A program made the position numbers and the translations under genes. The notes under the pieces were generated by a model. That model saw only the letters and a list, made by a program, of their open reading frames with translations. It was not told the origin of the DNA and did not search any database. From an uncultured Clostridia bacterium (GTDB lineage Bacteria; Bacillota; Clostridia; Christensenellales; CAG-314): a DNA stretch of 64,000 bases. The stretch covers positions 3,797 through 67,796 of the forward strand of contig CAKQEP010000002.1 in NCBI GenBank assembly GCA_934230325.1, read 5' to 3'. Below, in pieces: positions 46,006-54,029 of this stretch. Each line of letters opens with the position of its first letter. The stretch's first letter is position 1.

Positions 46006-47148
46006 TTATTGTTGTATGTTTTCGCCGTCAACCTTTGTAGCCTTATTTTTTGGAGGGTTGTCGACGTTTATGCCTTGTTTTGCCATGTCCTGCAAAAATT
46101 CGTCGTATCTCTGCCTGACGTCCTTTGCGTACTCGACGGCATAATCGGCTTTGCGTTTTGCCGTTTTGTAAATATTTTCCTGCAAGGGTTTTTCCAGTTG
46201 TTCGTATATGGATTTAGCGTCCGCAGAAAGCCTGTCCGCTCGCTTTTGCGCCCTCTCGACTTTTGCAAGAGCGCGGGCGGCGTAATTTGTCTTTCTGTAT
46301 AAAAAGCCTTCAAAAGGTCTGTTCCATTTTGTGTAGATAAGAATAAACCTTATCGCGCCCAACACGATGGCAACGACGGAAACAAACTGACTGATTTTTA
46401 TGCCGGTGTTGTAGGCTGTGCCGTTCCACCTTATCCAAAGATACAAACTGTCGGTACGCAACGACTCGATAATAAGTCTGACGACGCCGTAAAACACGCC
46501 GTAAAAAGCAAGGTTGAAACCGCGCTTAAACCGTTTGTATTTGGTTATCAACAAAAGCGTGACGATAAACCCGATGAGAGTACACATCGACTCGTAAAAA
46601 AAGGTAGCCTGATAGTATTCCGAACCTATTTTGACGGCGTAAGGAAACCATTGTAAAGACGGATTTGTCACCAAGTTGCCGTACGCTTCGCCGTTGATAA
46701 AGTTTCCCCAACGACCTATACATTGCGCAAGAAACAAACCGGGTACAATGCAGTCCGCTACTCTGCCGAAATTTTGCATTTTGTACCGAGAAACGGCGTA
46801 AATGACGAGATATCCGACGATAACTCCGCCGTAAATGCCCAGTCCCCCGTCTCTAAAATCCCAAAAGGTTGACCAGTCGGACAGTTGCCCTTCGTACGGG
46901 AACAAAAAGAAATACAATCTCGTACCCAACACTGCCAACGGCAATGTAACTATCGCATAGTCCAGACTGTCGTCGGGATTAAGACCTTGCTTTTTGAGCA
47001 AGCGAGAAAAAATCACTATCGCCAGCACCATGCCCGTGACGATAAGCAATGCGTAATACGTTATTCCCAGCCCGAAAATCTCTACTGCGGGGCTGCTGCC
47101 TACATGACCTTTAAAATTAAGAATAGGAACGTTTAAAAAACTTATCAT
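46006..47148 (-). CDS. lgt: Prolipoprotein diacylglyceryl transferase with a ~100-aa C-terminal helical extension
   Basis: GRWGNFINGEAYG motif. The body is ~280 aa and the tail is K/E/A/R-rich. Confidence 0.9.
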   Translation of the reverse strand: MISFLNVPILNFKGHVGSSPAVEIFGLGITYYALLIVTGMVLAIVIFSRLLKKQGLNPDDSLDYAIVTLPLAVLGTRLYFFLFPYEGQLSDWSTFWDFRDGGLGIYGGVIVGYLVIYAVSRYKMQNFGRVADCIVPGLFLAQCIGRWGNFINGEAYGNLVTNPSLQWFPYAVKIGSEYYQATFFYESMCTLIGFIVTLLLITKYKRFKRGFNLAFYGVFYGVVRLIIESLRTDSLYLWIRWNGTAYNTGIKISQFVSVVAIVLGAIRFILIYTKWNRPFEGFLYRKTNYAARALAKVERAQKRADRLSADAKSIYEQLEKPLQENIYKTAKRKADYAVEYAKDVRQRYDEFLQDMAKQGINVDNPPKNKATKVDGENIQQ

Positions 47149-47171
47149 TGATATTCTCCGACTATTTGCTT

Positions 47172-47200
47172 ATTATACTCTCAAACAATCGTTTAGTCAA
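47172..47200 (-). promoter_or_regulatory. Promoter TTGACT-17-TATAAT for lgt
   Basis: Minus-strand TTGACT at 47200-47195 and TATAAT at 47177-47172. Confidence 0.6.
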
Positions 47201-47316
47201 GACAAAAAAGGTTTTTGCTCGGTTTAAAGAAACAAAAGCGTACAAATATCGCTGTATTTGTCGATTTTTTTTATGACTTTTTTGGTTTTTTGGTTTGTAA
47301 AACACCGTTTTAAAAA

Positions 47317-47817
47317 TTAAATCCGTTGTTTGAATCTTCGCAAAACGAGTACCGCGCATATGCCGACGATTACTCCGCTCACCGCGCCGAGCAAGGCAAG
47401 GTAAGGCAGATACAAAAAGGCTTCCGTCGTGTTTGTAATTACTACGTATATTACGTTTTGCGTCACATTGTGCGCGACAGCGCCCGCAACGCTGACTGCG
47501 GTAAGACTCAATCTGTCCTTTAAACAAACGTACAAAACGACCATAACGGTAAGGCTCGTCGCCCCCGCCGTAAGGCTGTATATGAGAGTGCTGAGATTTC
47601 CGACGATAAAACTACCCAAAGTACATTTGACGAGCATAACTACGTAGGCTTGCCACTCTCCCATAGTGACCAAAGCCAACAAAACGAATACGTTGGACAA
47701 GCCCGTTTTTGCGCCCGGTACCAAAAACGACGGAAACAGATTTTCTATGACGAAAGCAATCAAAGACAAGGCGGAATACATGGATAATGCGACTATTTTT
47801 TTGCTTTTTTGCTCCAT
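47317..47817 (-). CDS. Gx transporter family membrane protein (heptaprenyl diphosphate synthase component I-like)
   Basis: ATG 47817 overlaps the upstream stop (TGATG). 166 aa with five TM segments. Confidence 0.7.
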   Translation of the reverse strand: MEQKSKKIVALSMYSALSLIAFVIENLFPSFLVPGAKTGLSNVFVLLALVTMGEWQAYVVMLVKCTLGSFIVGNLSTLIYSLTAGATSLTVMVVLYVCLKDRLSLTAVSVAGAVAHNVTQNVIYVVITNTTEAFLYLPYLALLGAVSGVIVGICAVLVLRRFKQRI

Positions 47818-49526
47818 CACGACACCTCTTGATTGCCTTTGCCGACGCCGACCACTTTGAGTTTGTGAGGGATACAAAGCGTTGCGTCGCCCGCTTTGGA
47901 TACTTGCCAACGCTTTTTTGCGCAATCTTTTCCTATGCAGTTTGCGTCGATTATTTTTGCGTTTTGTCCAAAAAACTCTATTACGTTGTAATCTTTTTGC
48001 GTTTCGTCAACGTAAATCGTTATCTTGGTAACCCCGTCGGTTTTTGTTTGAGTTATCCTATCGGCAAACGCAGAATTTTTTATCGCGCCGACAGAAGTTT
48101 TGCAATCGTAACGGTAAACTAATTTGCCGTCGACGTAAACGTCGATATTTTCCGTTTGACCTTTTTTGGGTATCAACGTAGCGCAAAACAAAGCGGAAAT
48201 GCAAACCGCCAACAATACGTAAACGACTATATCGCCCTTTTTAAAAAGTTTTGTTTGAGAAAAATCTTGCGTGTTCTCCTCTTTTTTGCGAGCGTTTTTT
48301 TTGCTTAAAATCACTATCGCCGCTATCGCTCCGACGCACAAACCTATCCCGCACCACAGCCACACGTTATCGTTTTTTGCGTAAAAAGTTACATCGCCGT
48401 CATAGACGTCAAAGTTGGTCAAAACTACGCTATGATTGTTGATTTTTAATTTTTTATCCGAAACGACGTTGAGTTTTTTGCCGTCGTCTTCCGTCACCAA
48501 AAAGGTTTTGCAACCGAGCCGCTCAAACTCTTTGCCGCCGCAAAACAACGCCGCTTTGGTTTTTCCCATTACCATAAGCGCGGTAGTCACTGCGTCGCAC
48601 ACCGCCGCGCTGTCGGCTATTACAAAAGCGTTGCAAAGTCCGCTCATAGTCGGCGCGCCCGTGTTTGCGTCGATTATATGACAGTATCTTTTGCCGTCGT
48701 AATCAAAGTATCGTTGATAATCGCCGCTGACGGATACGCTTGAATTTTGAGCGTTTTTGACGGTTGCGAGTCCGTCGCCGTATTTTTCGCGGCGTGGTGA
48801 CTCTACGTCAACGTCGACGTTTTTGCCGTTAATTCCGTTTAAAAAGGTGATACTGCTCGAGCCGACGTTAACGTACCCGCCTTTAATGTCGTACTCCGCC
48901 GCCGTCCGTTTTAACAAATCACACGCATACCCTTTGCCTACCCCGCCAAAATCCATCTGCGCGGTATACGTTTTGCCTTCCGCCGTCACTTCCGTTGCGG
49001 GTTTTGTCAAAGTCAAAGTCGCTTGCTGCAAACTTATCTCGTCAAAACAAAGGAGCGGTTTTAAGGCTTGTACAAGTTTTGCGTCGGGCGGAGTTGCCGT
49101 TGCCAAATCGCTTTGCCGCCGCGCGCTAAACCCCCACAAATCCACGAGCGGATACACCGTCGGATTGTATGCTCCGTCGGTTGCTCGGTAAACTTTTTGC
49201 GCTATTTTAAAGCAATCCGCAGTATATTTGCTAACGACTACGCTTTCTCCCACTTTTGCATCGTTGAATCTCGACAAATCGCTGTCGGGTTTGCTCAACG
49301 ACAACGCTTTGTCTACGTCGGCAAGAACTTTACGCATTTTTTTCAGCGCGGCGTCGGCGTTGTTTTTTGCTTGCGCCGTATTTGCGCAGTACAATCTCAC
49401 GGATATTTCCGTACCGAAATACTCAAAAGTATCAAAACCGCGCGATACTTCGCCGTTTTTGCCGCAACCGCATACCATCGCGACGATAAAACACAATATA
49501 ACGATAATTATCAGCGGTTTTTTCAT
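47817..49526 (-). CDS. apbE: FAD:protein FMN transferase (ApbE) lipoprotein fused through two TM helices to a NusG_II-like domain
   Basis: Signal peptide with lipobox (VAMVCGC). ApbE motifs (DGAYNPTVYPLVDLWGF). TM pair near residues 390-450. C-terminal beta domain with C..GKDC...C.PHK. Confidence 0.8.
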   Translation of the reverse strand: MKKPLIIIVILCFIVAMVCGCGKNGEVSRGFDTFEYFGTEISVRLYCANTAQAKNNADAALKKMRKVLADVDKALSLSKPDSDLSRFNDAKVGESVVVSKYTADCFKIAQKVYRATDGAYNPTVYPLVDLWGFSARRQSDLATATPPDAKLVQALKPLLCFDEISLQQATLTLTKPATEVTAEGKTYTAQMDFGGVGKGYACDLLKRTAAEYDIKGGYVNVGSSSITFLNGINGKNVDVDVESPRREKYGDGLATVKNAQNSSVSVSGDYQRYFDYDGKRYCHIIDANTGAPTMSGLCNAFVIADSAAVCDAVTTALMVMGKTKAALFCGGKEFERLGCKTFLVTEDDGKKLNVVSDKKLKINNHSVVLTNFDVYDGDVTFYAKNDNVWLWCGIGLCVGAIAAIVILSKKNARKKEENTQDFSQTKLFKKGDIVVYVLLAVCISALFCATLIPKKGQTENIDVYVDGKLVYRYDCKTSVGAIKNSAFADRITQTKTDGVTKITIYVDETQKDYNVIEFFGQNAKIIDANCIGKDCAKKRWQVSKAGDATLCIPHKLKVVGVGKGNQEVS

Positions 49527-49532
49527 ACGTCG

Positions 49533-49561
49533 ATTATAACAAAATCCGTCGTTAAAGTCAA
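49533..49561 (-). promoter_or_regulatory. Consensus promoter TTGACT-17-TATAAT ending 6 nt before the apbE ATG
   Basis: Minus-strand TTGACT at 49561-49556 and TATAAT at 49538-49533, then CGACGT, then ATG 49526. No Shine-Dalgarno sequence. Confidence 0.65.
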
Positions 49562-49591
49562 CGGCATATTTTTGTATGCGGCGTTAATATT

Positions 49592-50488
49592 TTAATCTTT
49601 TGCGGCAAACAACGGCGTGGACAAGTATTTTTCGCCCCTGTCCGGCAAAATAACTACAAAAACGCCCTTTTCCGTTTCTGCGACTTTTTGCGCCGCAAGC
49701 ATAGCCGCGCCGCTACTCATACCTACAAAAATACCTTCCTTTTTTACTATGTCTCTTGCGGTTTTAAAGGCTTCTTCCGTGTCTATCATAATGTGGCGGT
49801 CAATCAAATCGGGATTGTAGAGTTGCGGAACGATAGCCTCTTGCAAGTTTTTTAATCCTTGTATATAATGCCCCTTGACAGGTTGCGCTTCTATGACCTT
49901 AATTTTGGGGTTGTGCTCCTTTAAACCGACTCCTACGCCCATTATCGTGCCGCTCGTACCTACCGCGCTTATCAGATGCGTGACTGCGCCGTCGGTCTGT
50001 TGCCAAATTTCTTCCGCCGTCGTTTTGTAATGTGCGAGTTTGTTGTATTTGTTGCTGAACTGCTGTGTGCAAAAATATTTGTCGGGTTGCTCGGCGCACA
50101 TTTCCCGCACCTTTTTAATCGCGCCGTCAGTCCCGAGCGACGCGTCGGTAAGTACGACTTCTGCGCCGTATGCCTCTATCATTTTTCTGCGTTCTACGCT
50201 CACCGCCGCGCTCATAATTATGCATACCTTAAAACCTTTTATCGCCCCTATCATTGCAAGCGAGATACCCGTGTTGCCGCTCGTCGCTTCTATGACGGTT
50301 TTGCCCGCCGTCAAAAAACCGCCGCTTGTCGCTTGCTCAATCATTTTGAGAGCGATTCTGTCTTTGATACTGCCGGTGGGATTAAAACCTTCCGCTTTTC
50401 CGTACACCTCTACGCCCTCTTTTTTTATCATGTTGTTAATTTTTATCAGAGGGGTGTTGCCTATGGTTTGCAAAATACTCGTATACAT
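49592..50488 (-). CDS. cysK: Cysteine synthase A (O-acetylserine sulfhydrylase)
   Basis: GNTPLI, PTGSIKDR, SGNTG motifs. AAGGAGA RBS. Confidence 0.9.
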   Translation of the reverse strand: MYTSILQTIGNTPLIKINNMIKKEGVEVYGKAEGFNPTGSIKDRIALKMIEQATSGGFLTAGKTVIEATSGNTGISLAMIGAIKGFKVCIIMSAAVSVERRKMIEAYGAEVVLTDASLGTDGAIKKVREMCAEQPDKYFCTQQFSNKYNKLAHYKTTAEEIWQQTDGAVTHLISAVGTSGTIMGVGVGLKEHNPKIKVIEAQPVKGHYIQGLKNLQEAIVPQLYNPDLIDRHIMIDTEEAFKTARDIVKKEGIFVGMSSGAAMLAAQKVAETEKGVFVVILPDRGEKYLSTPLFAAKD

Positions 50489-50525
50489 TATCCTTTCTCC
50501 TTGTACCGATTTTTAAAATTTATAT

Positions 50526-50567
50526 AAAAAAAAGAATTAGTTTATTACCTAAAAAAACTAATCCTTT
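50526..50567 (-). terminator. AU-rich intrinsic terminator inside the cysK leader
   Basis: Minus-strand AAAGGAUUAGUUU / AAACUAAUUCUUU (13 bp, including one G-U pair), followed by U5. Confidence 0.5.
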
Positions 50568-50603
50568 AAAGACCGACGCATATTTACTTGATTTTATGCG
50601 CGG

Positions 50604-50651
50604 TCAGATATTACAACAACAATTGACGATAGCAAACGTCGAATTTTTCAT
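50604..50651 (-). CDS. Leader peptide ORF MKNSTFAIVNCCCNI (15 codons, three consecutive Cys codons)
   Basis: Manual translation of the minus strand: ATG AAA AAT TCG ACG TTT GCT ATC GTC AAT TGT TGT TGT AAT ATC TGA. The ATG lies 7 nt after a -10 box. Confidence 0.5.
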   Translation of the reverse strand: MKNSTFAIVNCCCNI

Positions 50652-50658
50652 CGACGTA

Positions 50659-50687
50659 ATACTAACACACCCAAACTACCTTGTCAA
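50659..50687 (-). promoter_or_regulatory. Promoter TTGACA-17-TAGTAT for the cysK leader
   Basis: Minus-strand TTGACA at 50687-50682 and TAGTAT at 50664-50659. Confidence 0.55.
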
Positions 50688-50891
50688 GCCTTTGACGGCA
50701 AAAGATTTTTTGATATATCGCCGTATTTTGCGCATACTTTTTTTTGCGAAATTTTGGTATGATTTTTAAAAAAATCGTTGCGTTTTGCCGACCGCGCCGC
50801 CGCAACGACGTTGCCGTTTGGTTTTGCGTTCATTATAATATCACACTATATAACATATTACAAACAACAGAACGATGTATAATACTGCATT

Positions 50892-52325
50892 ATGACAAAA
50901 AATACAAAAGAAACAAAAACCGAGCAAACGGTAGAAAATCAAACGCAATCGCTCAATTCCGACAAATTGCGTAATATGCCCGTAGGCAAACTTCTTTTCG
51001 GAATGGCTTTGCCCGCAATAATATCTATGTTAATCGAGTCGCTTTACAACATCGTGGACAGCGTGTTTGTCGCGCAATACGACAACGCCGCTCTCGACGC
51101 TATAGGTATCGCGCGCCCCATCATTATGATAATAATATCCACAGCCATAGGTATCGGCGTGGGCGCAAACGCTTATGTTGCGCGGCAACTGGGGTTTGGC
51201 GACAGAGAAAAAGCAAATCAAGTCGCAAAAACCGCTATGATTCTTGCCGCAGTCGCCGGATTGTTGTTTTTTGCTTTGTCTTGGTTTATTGCGACGCCTT
51301 TTGCAAAACTGTTTACTTCCGACGCAAAAGTAATCGGGTTTGTAGCGGAATATTTGCCTTTGTATATGGCTTTTAGCATTTTTTCGATGTTGAGCATCAC
51401 GGGTAGCAAAATTTTGCAAGCGACGGGAAATATGCGCGTTCCTATGATAAGTCAAATTTTGGGGTGCGTCACAAATATCGTACTCGACCCGCTGTTTATT
51501 TTTGAAGAGTTTTGGGGCGTGCAAGGTCTTGGGTTGGGAATGAAAGGCGCGATACTCGCCACCGCAATAGGACAATTCGTTTCCTGCGTTTACGTTTTGG
51601 GCGCGTTTGTTTTCCGCAAACAAGACGTCGATATTTTACCGAGAAATTTAAAGTTTTCCTTTAAAAACGTGGGAGAAATTTGCAATATCGGACTGCCTAC
51701 CTTTATCCTCAACGCGATAGGTAGTTTTACCACTATGATTCTCAACGGAATACTCAAAAATTACGAAAACGGCATAACGATTTTGTCGGTTTATTTTACC
51801 TGCCAGTCCTTTGTCTTTATGCCGACTTTCGGTTTGACGCAAGGCACTTTGCCCGTTTTGAGTTACAACTTCGGAGCAAATCTGCGACAGCGTTTTAATA
51901 GGTGCTTTAAGTTGTCGGTACTCACCGCTCTTTGCTTTTTGGGCGTAGGCTTTATTATTTTTCAGGCTTGCCCGCAAATCGTCGCGCCGCTGTTTAACTT
52001 GACGGGCGACGCATTGACTTCTACCGTTAAAGCATTCAGAACGATAAGCATATCCTTTATCCCCGCCGCTTTCAGTATACTGACGATAACTTTGTTGCAA
52101 TCGCTCAATGCGGGAATGTACTCTATGTTTATGTCCCTTTTGCGCCAACTCGGTTTGCTTGTTCCGCTTGCGTTTTTGTTTAACGCGTTGTGGGGCATAA
52201 AAGGCGTGTTTTTCTGTTATCCTGCCGCCGAATTTATCACTCTCGCCATATTTGCGCCTATCGCTTACAACAAATACAAAAAAACTTTTGCGCAAAGAGA
52301 GTTGCAAGACGCCGAACTAAACTGA
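50892..52325 (+). CDS. MATE family efflux transporter
   Basis: 477 aa, 12 TM helices. N-terminal ..LLFGMALPAIISML.. is typical of MATE. Confidence 0.85.
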   Translation: MTKNTKETKTEQTVENQTQSLNSDKLRNMPVGKLLFGMALPAIISMLIESLYNIVDSVFVAQYDNAALDAIGIARPIIMIIISTAIGIGVGANAYVARQLGFGDREKANQVAKTAMILAAVAGLLFFALSWFIATPFAKLFTSDAKVIGFVAEYLPLYMAFSIFSMLSITGSKILQATGNMRVPMISQILGCVTNIVLDPLFIFEEFWGVQGLGLGMKGAILATAIGQFVSCVYVLGAFVFRKQDVDILPRNLKFSFKNVGEICNIGLPTFILNAIGSFTTMILNGILKNYENGITILSVYFTCQSFVFMPTFGLTQGTLPVLSYNFGANLRQRFNRCFKLSVLTALCFLGVGFIIFQACPQIVAPLFNLTGDALTSTVKAFRTISISFIPAAFSILTITLLQSLNAGMYSMFMSLLRQLGLLVPLAFLFNALWGIKGVFFCYPAAEFITLAIFAPIAYNKYKKTFAQRELQDAELN

Positions 52326-52386
52326 CAAAATATACCGTCAATACCGTCGACAAAATCGCTGTCGGCGGTTTTTTTGTTTAAAAGTA

Positions 52387-52415
52387 TTGAATTTTTGCGA
52401 CAAAAGTTGTATAAT
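52387..52415 (+). promoter_or_regulatory. Promoter TTGAAT-17-TATAAT
   Basis: TTGAAT 52387-52392 and TATAAT 52410-52415. Confidence 0.6.
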
Positions 52416-52437
52416 AGAAAAAAACGGAGATTTAAAT

Positions 52438-53238
52438 ATGCTAAATTTTATTTTCGGGCTTAATACTCTCGACAGTTGTCTTGCGATTGCAAACGCCCTT
52501 GCGGTGCTACTTTGCCTTTGCGTCGCAATAAAAGGCAAAAACAAACTGTTTTACGTAGGTCTGATTGTGTTTGCGGCGGCAACGGTATTAAACGTTTTGT
52601 ATATCGTTTTTAAATCTAAACTTACCGTAAACCAAACCTTTATCGACGCCATTCTCGCCGTCGTAGCCGCAGCGGATATTGCGGCGGCAATATTGTTTGT
52701 ATGTTCAAAACCTAAACTTCGCAAATCCGTTTGGATTGTATTTGTAATACTCAATCTCGTTTTGGCGTTGGCGGCAAGTATGTCGAGATTTGCCGTACTG
52801 TTTGACAAAACCAACGGCTCGACTTCTGCAATTTACGCAATTTCGGAATACGCGCAATACGCAAAACCCGCCGTCGTAGCGGTGATGCTCGTCATTTTGT
52901 TGGTTTTGCGTGCTAACGCTTTGCCCAAACAACCTAAACCGCAGGAAGTCAAACAAAACGAGCAACCCGACGACGAAAAATCCGACGAGACCGCTCAAAA
53001 GGATATCAAACCCGATTGCGCAGCCGAAACCGCTCAAAAACCCGACGCGGAAACGCAACCCGCTCCGACGCCGCAACTCAAACATATGTACTGCAAAAGT
53101 TGCGGATACAAAGCGCAAACCGACGCTACCGTATGCCCCAAATGTTACAACCGCCTTACTCCGCTTAACGAATGTCCCGTGTGTCACAACCTTTCTGCGG
53201 GAAGATACTGCGGAAAATGCGGAACTAAACTGTTTTGA
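52438..53238 (+). CDS. Membrane protein with acidic/Pro-rich linker and C-terminal double zinc ribbon
   Basis: ATG 52438 with GGAGA RBS. About 5 TM helices. CKSCGY...CPKC and CPVC...CGKCG. Confidence 0.6.
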   Translation: MLNFIFGLNTLDSCLAIANALAVLLCLCVAIKGKNKLFYVGLIVFAAATVLNVLYIVFKSKLTVNQTFIDAILAVVAAADIAAAILFVCSKPKLRKSVWIVFVILNLVLALAASMSRFAVLFDKTNGSTSAIYAISEYAQYAKPAVVAVMLVILLVLRANALPKQPKPQEVKQNEQPDDEKSDETAQKDIKPDCAAETAQKPDAETQPAPTPQLKHMYCKSCGYKAQTDATVCPKCYNRLTPLNECPVCHNLSAGRYCGKCGTKLF

Positions 53239-53315
53239 CCGTTTTAAACGCCTTTGTTTTGCGTGACGCATACGGCAAAAACAATATTTGATTTACAATA
53301 ATCGACGATATACGA

Positions 53316-53343
53316 GTAGGCGGCAAATTTTGCCGCCTACTTT
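53316..53343. terminator. Hairpin between convergent genes
   Basis: GTAGGCGGCAA / TTGCCGCCTAC 11-bp stem. Only a short T3 run on the plus side. Confidence 0.5.
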
Positions 53344-53416
53344 AAAAAGTTTATTTAGTTTTTAATAATAATTTTTTGTTTTGCTAAAAATAGTTTTTTC
53401 GGTTTTGCGTTTTAGG

Positions 53417-53950
53417 TCACTCTACGTAAGGTTGAAGCAATCCCACTCTGCCGTCGTGACGACGATATACAACTTCTACGTTTTTGGTCGCCTCGTTGAC
53501 AAACACGTAAAAATCGTGGTCCAACATTTCTAATTGAGCGATTGCCTCCTTGATGTCTTCGGACTTGATGGCAAATTTTTTGACCTTTGCAATTTCCGGC
53601 TGTTCTTCTTCCACACCCGCAACGTAAACGTATTCGTTGTCCTTGACGTCGGGCATTTTGCCTGATTTGTCGGCAAGTTTTTCTTTGTGTCTGATTATCT
53701 GACGTTCGAGTTTGGGCAGTGCCGCGTCTATGTTGTAATACATTGTGGCGCCCGTCACTTCGCTGCGGAATTGATGCCCGTTGTAAATTAAGGACAATTC
53801 CAAACGACACTGTTTTCCGTTGCCCGACATTATAACTTTGATGGTAGGTTCTTCCCCAAAGTACTTGTCGAGTTTTTGCAACTTTTTCTCCAGAATCGAG
53901 GTGAGATTTCCTCTTACCGTGTAGTTTTTAGCAATGATGTCCAGTTTCAT
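53417..53950 (-). CDS. hpf: Ribosome hibernation-promoting factor, long form
   Basis: ATG 53950 with GGAGG RBS. S30AE N-domain plus C-terminal dimerisation domain (FYVFVNEATKNVEVVYRRHDG). Confidence 0.9.
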   Translation of the reverse strand: MKLDIIAKNYTVRGNLTSILEKKLQKLDKYFGEEPTIKVIMSGNGKQCRLELSLIYNGHQFRSEVTGATMYYNIDAALPKLERQIIRHKEKLADKSGKMPDVKDNEYVYVAGVEEEQPEIAKVKKFAIKSEDIKEAIAQLEMLDHDFYVFVNEATKNVEVVYRRHDGRVGLLQPYVE

Positions 53951-54029
53951 ATCAAATGCCTCCGTATATATATATTTTAAAGCCGTCAACCGACTTTAAT
54001 GTCTTGTTTTTGTCGTTGCTTTTTTTACT

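Noticed and set aside
50489-50660. T-box or SAM (S-box) riboswitch upstream of cysK
   Set aside because: The leader is only ~160 nt. It has no T-box consensus, specifier-loop architecture or S-box four-way junction motifs.
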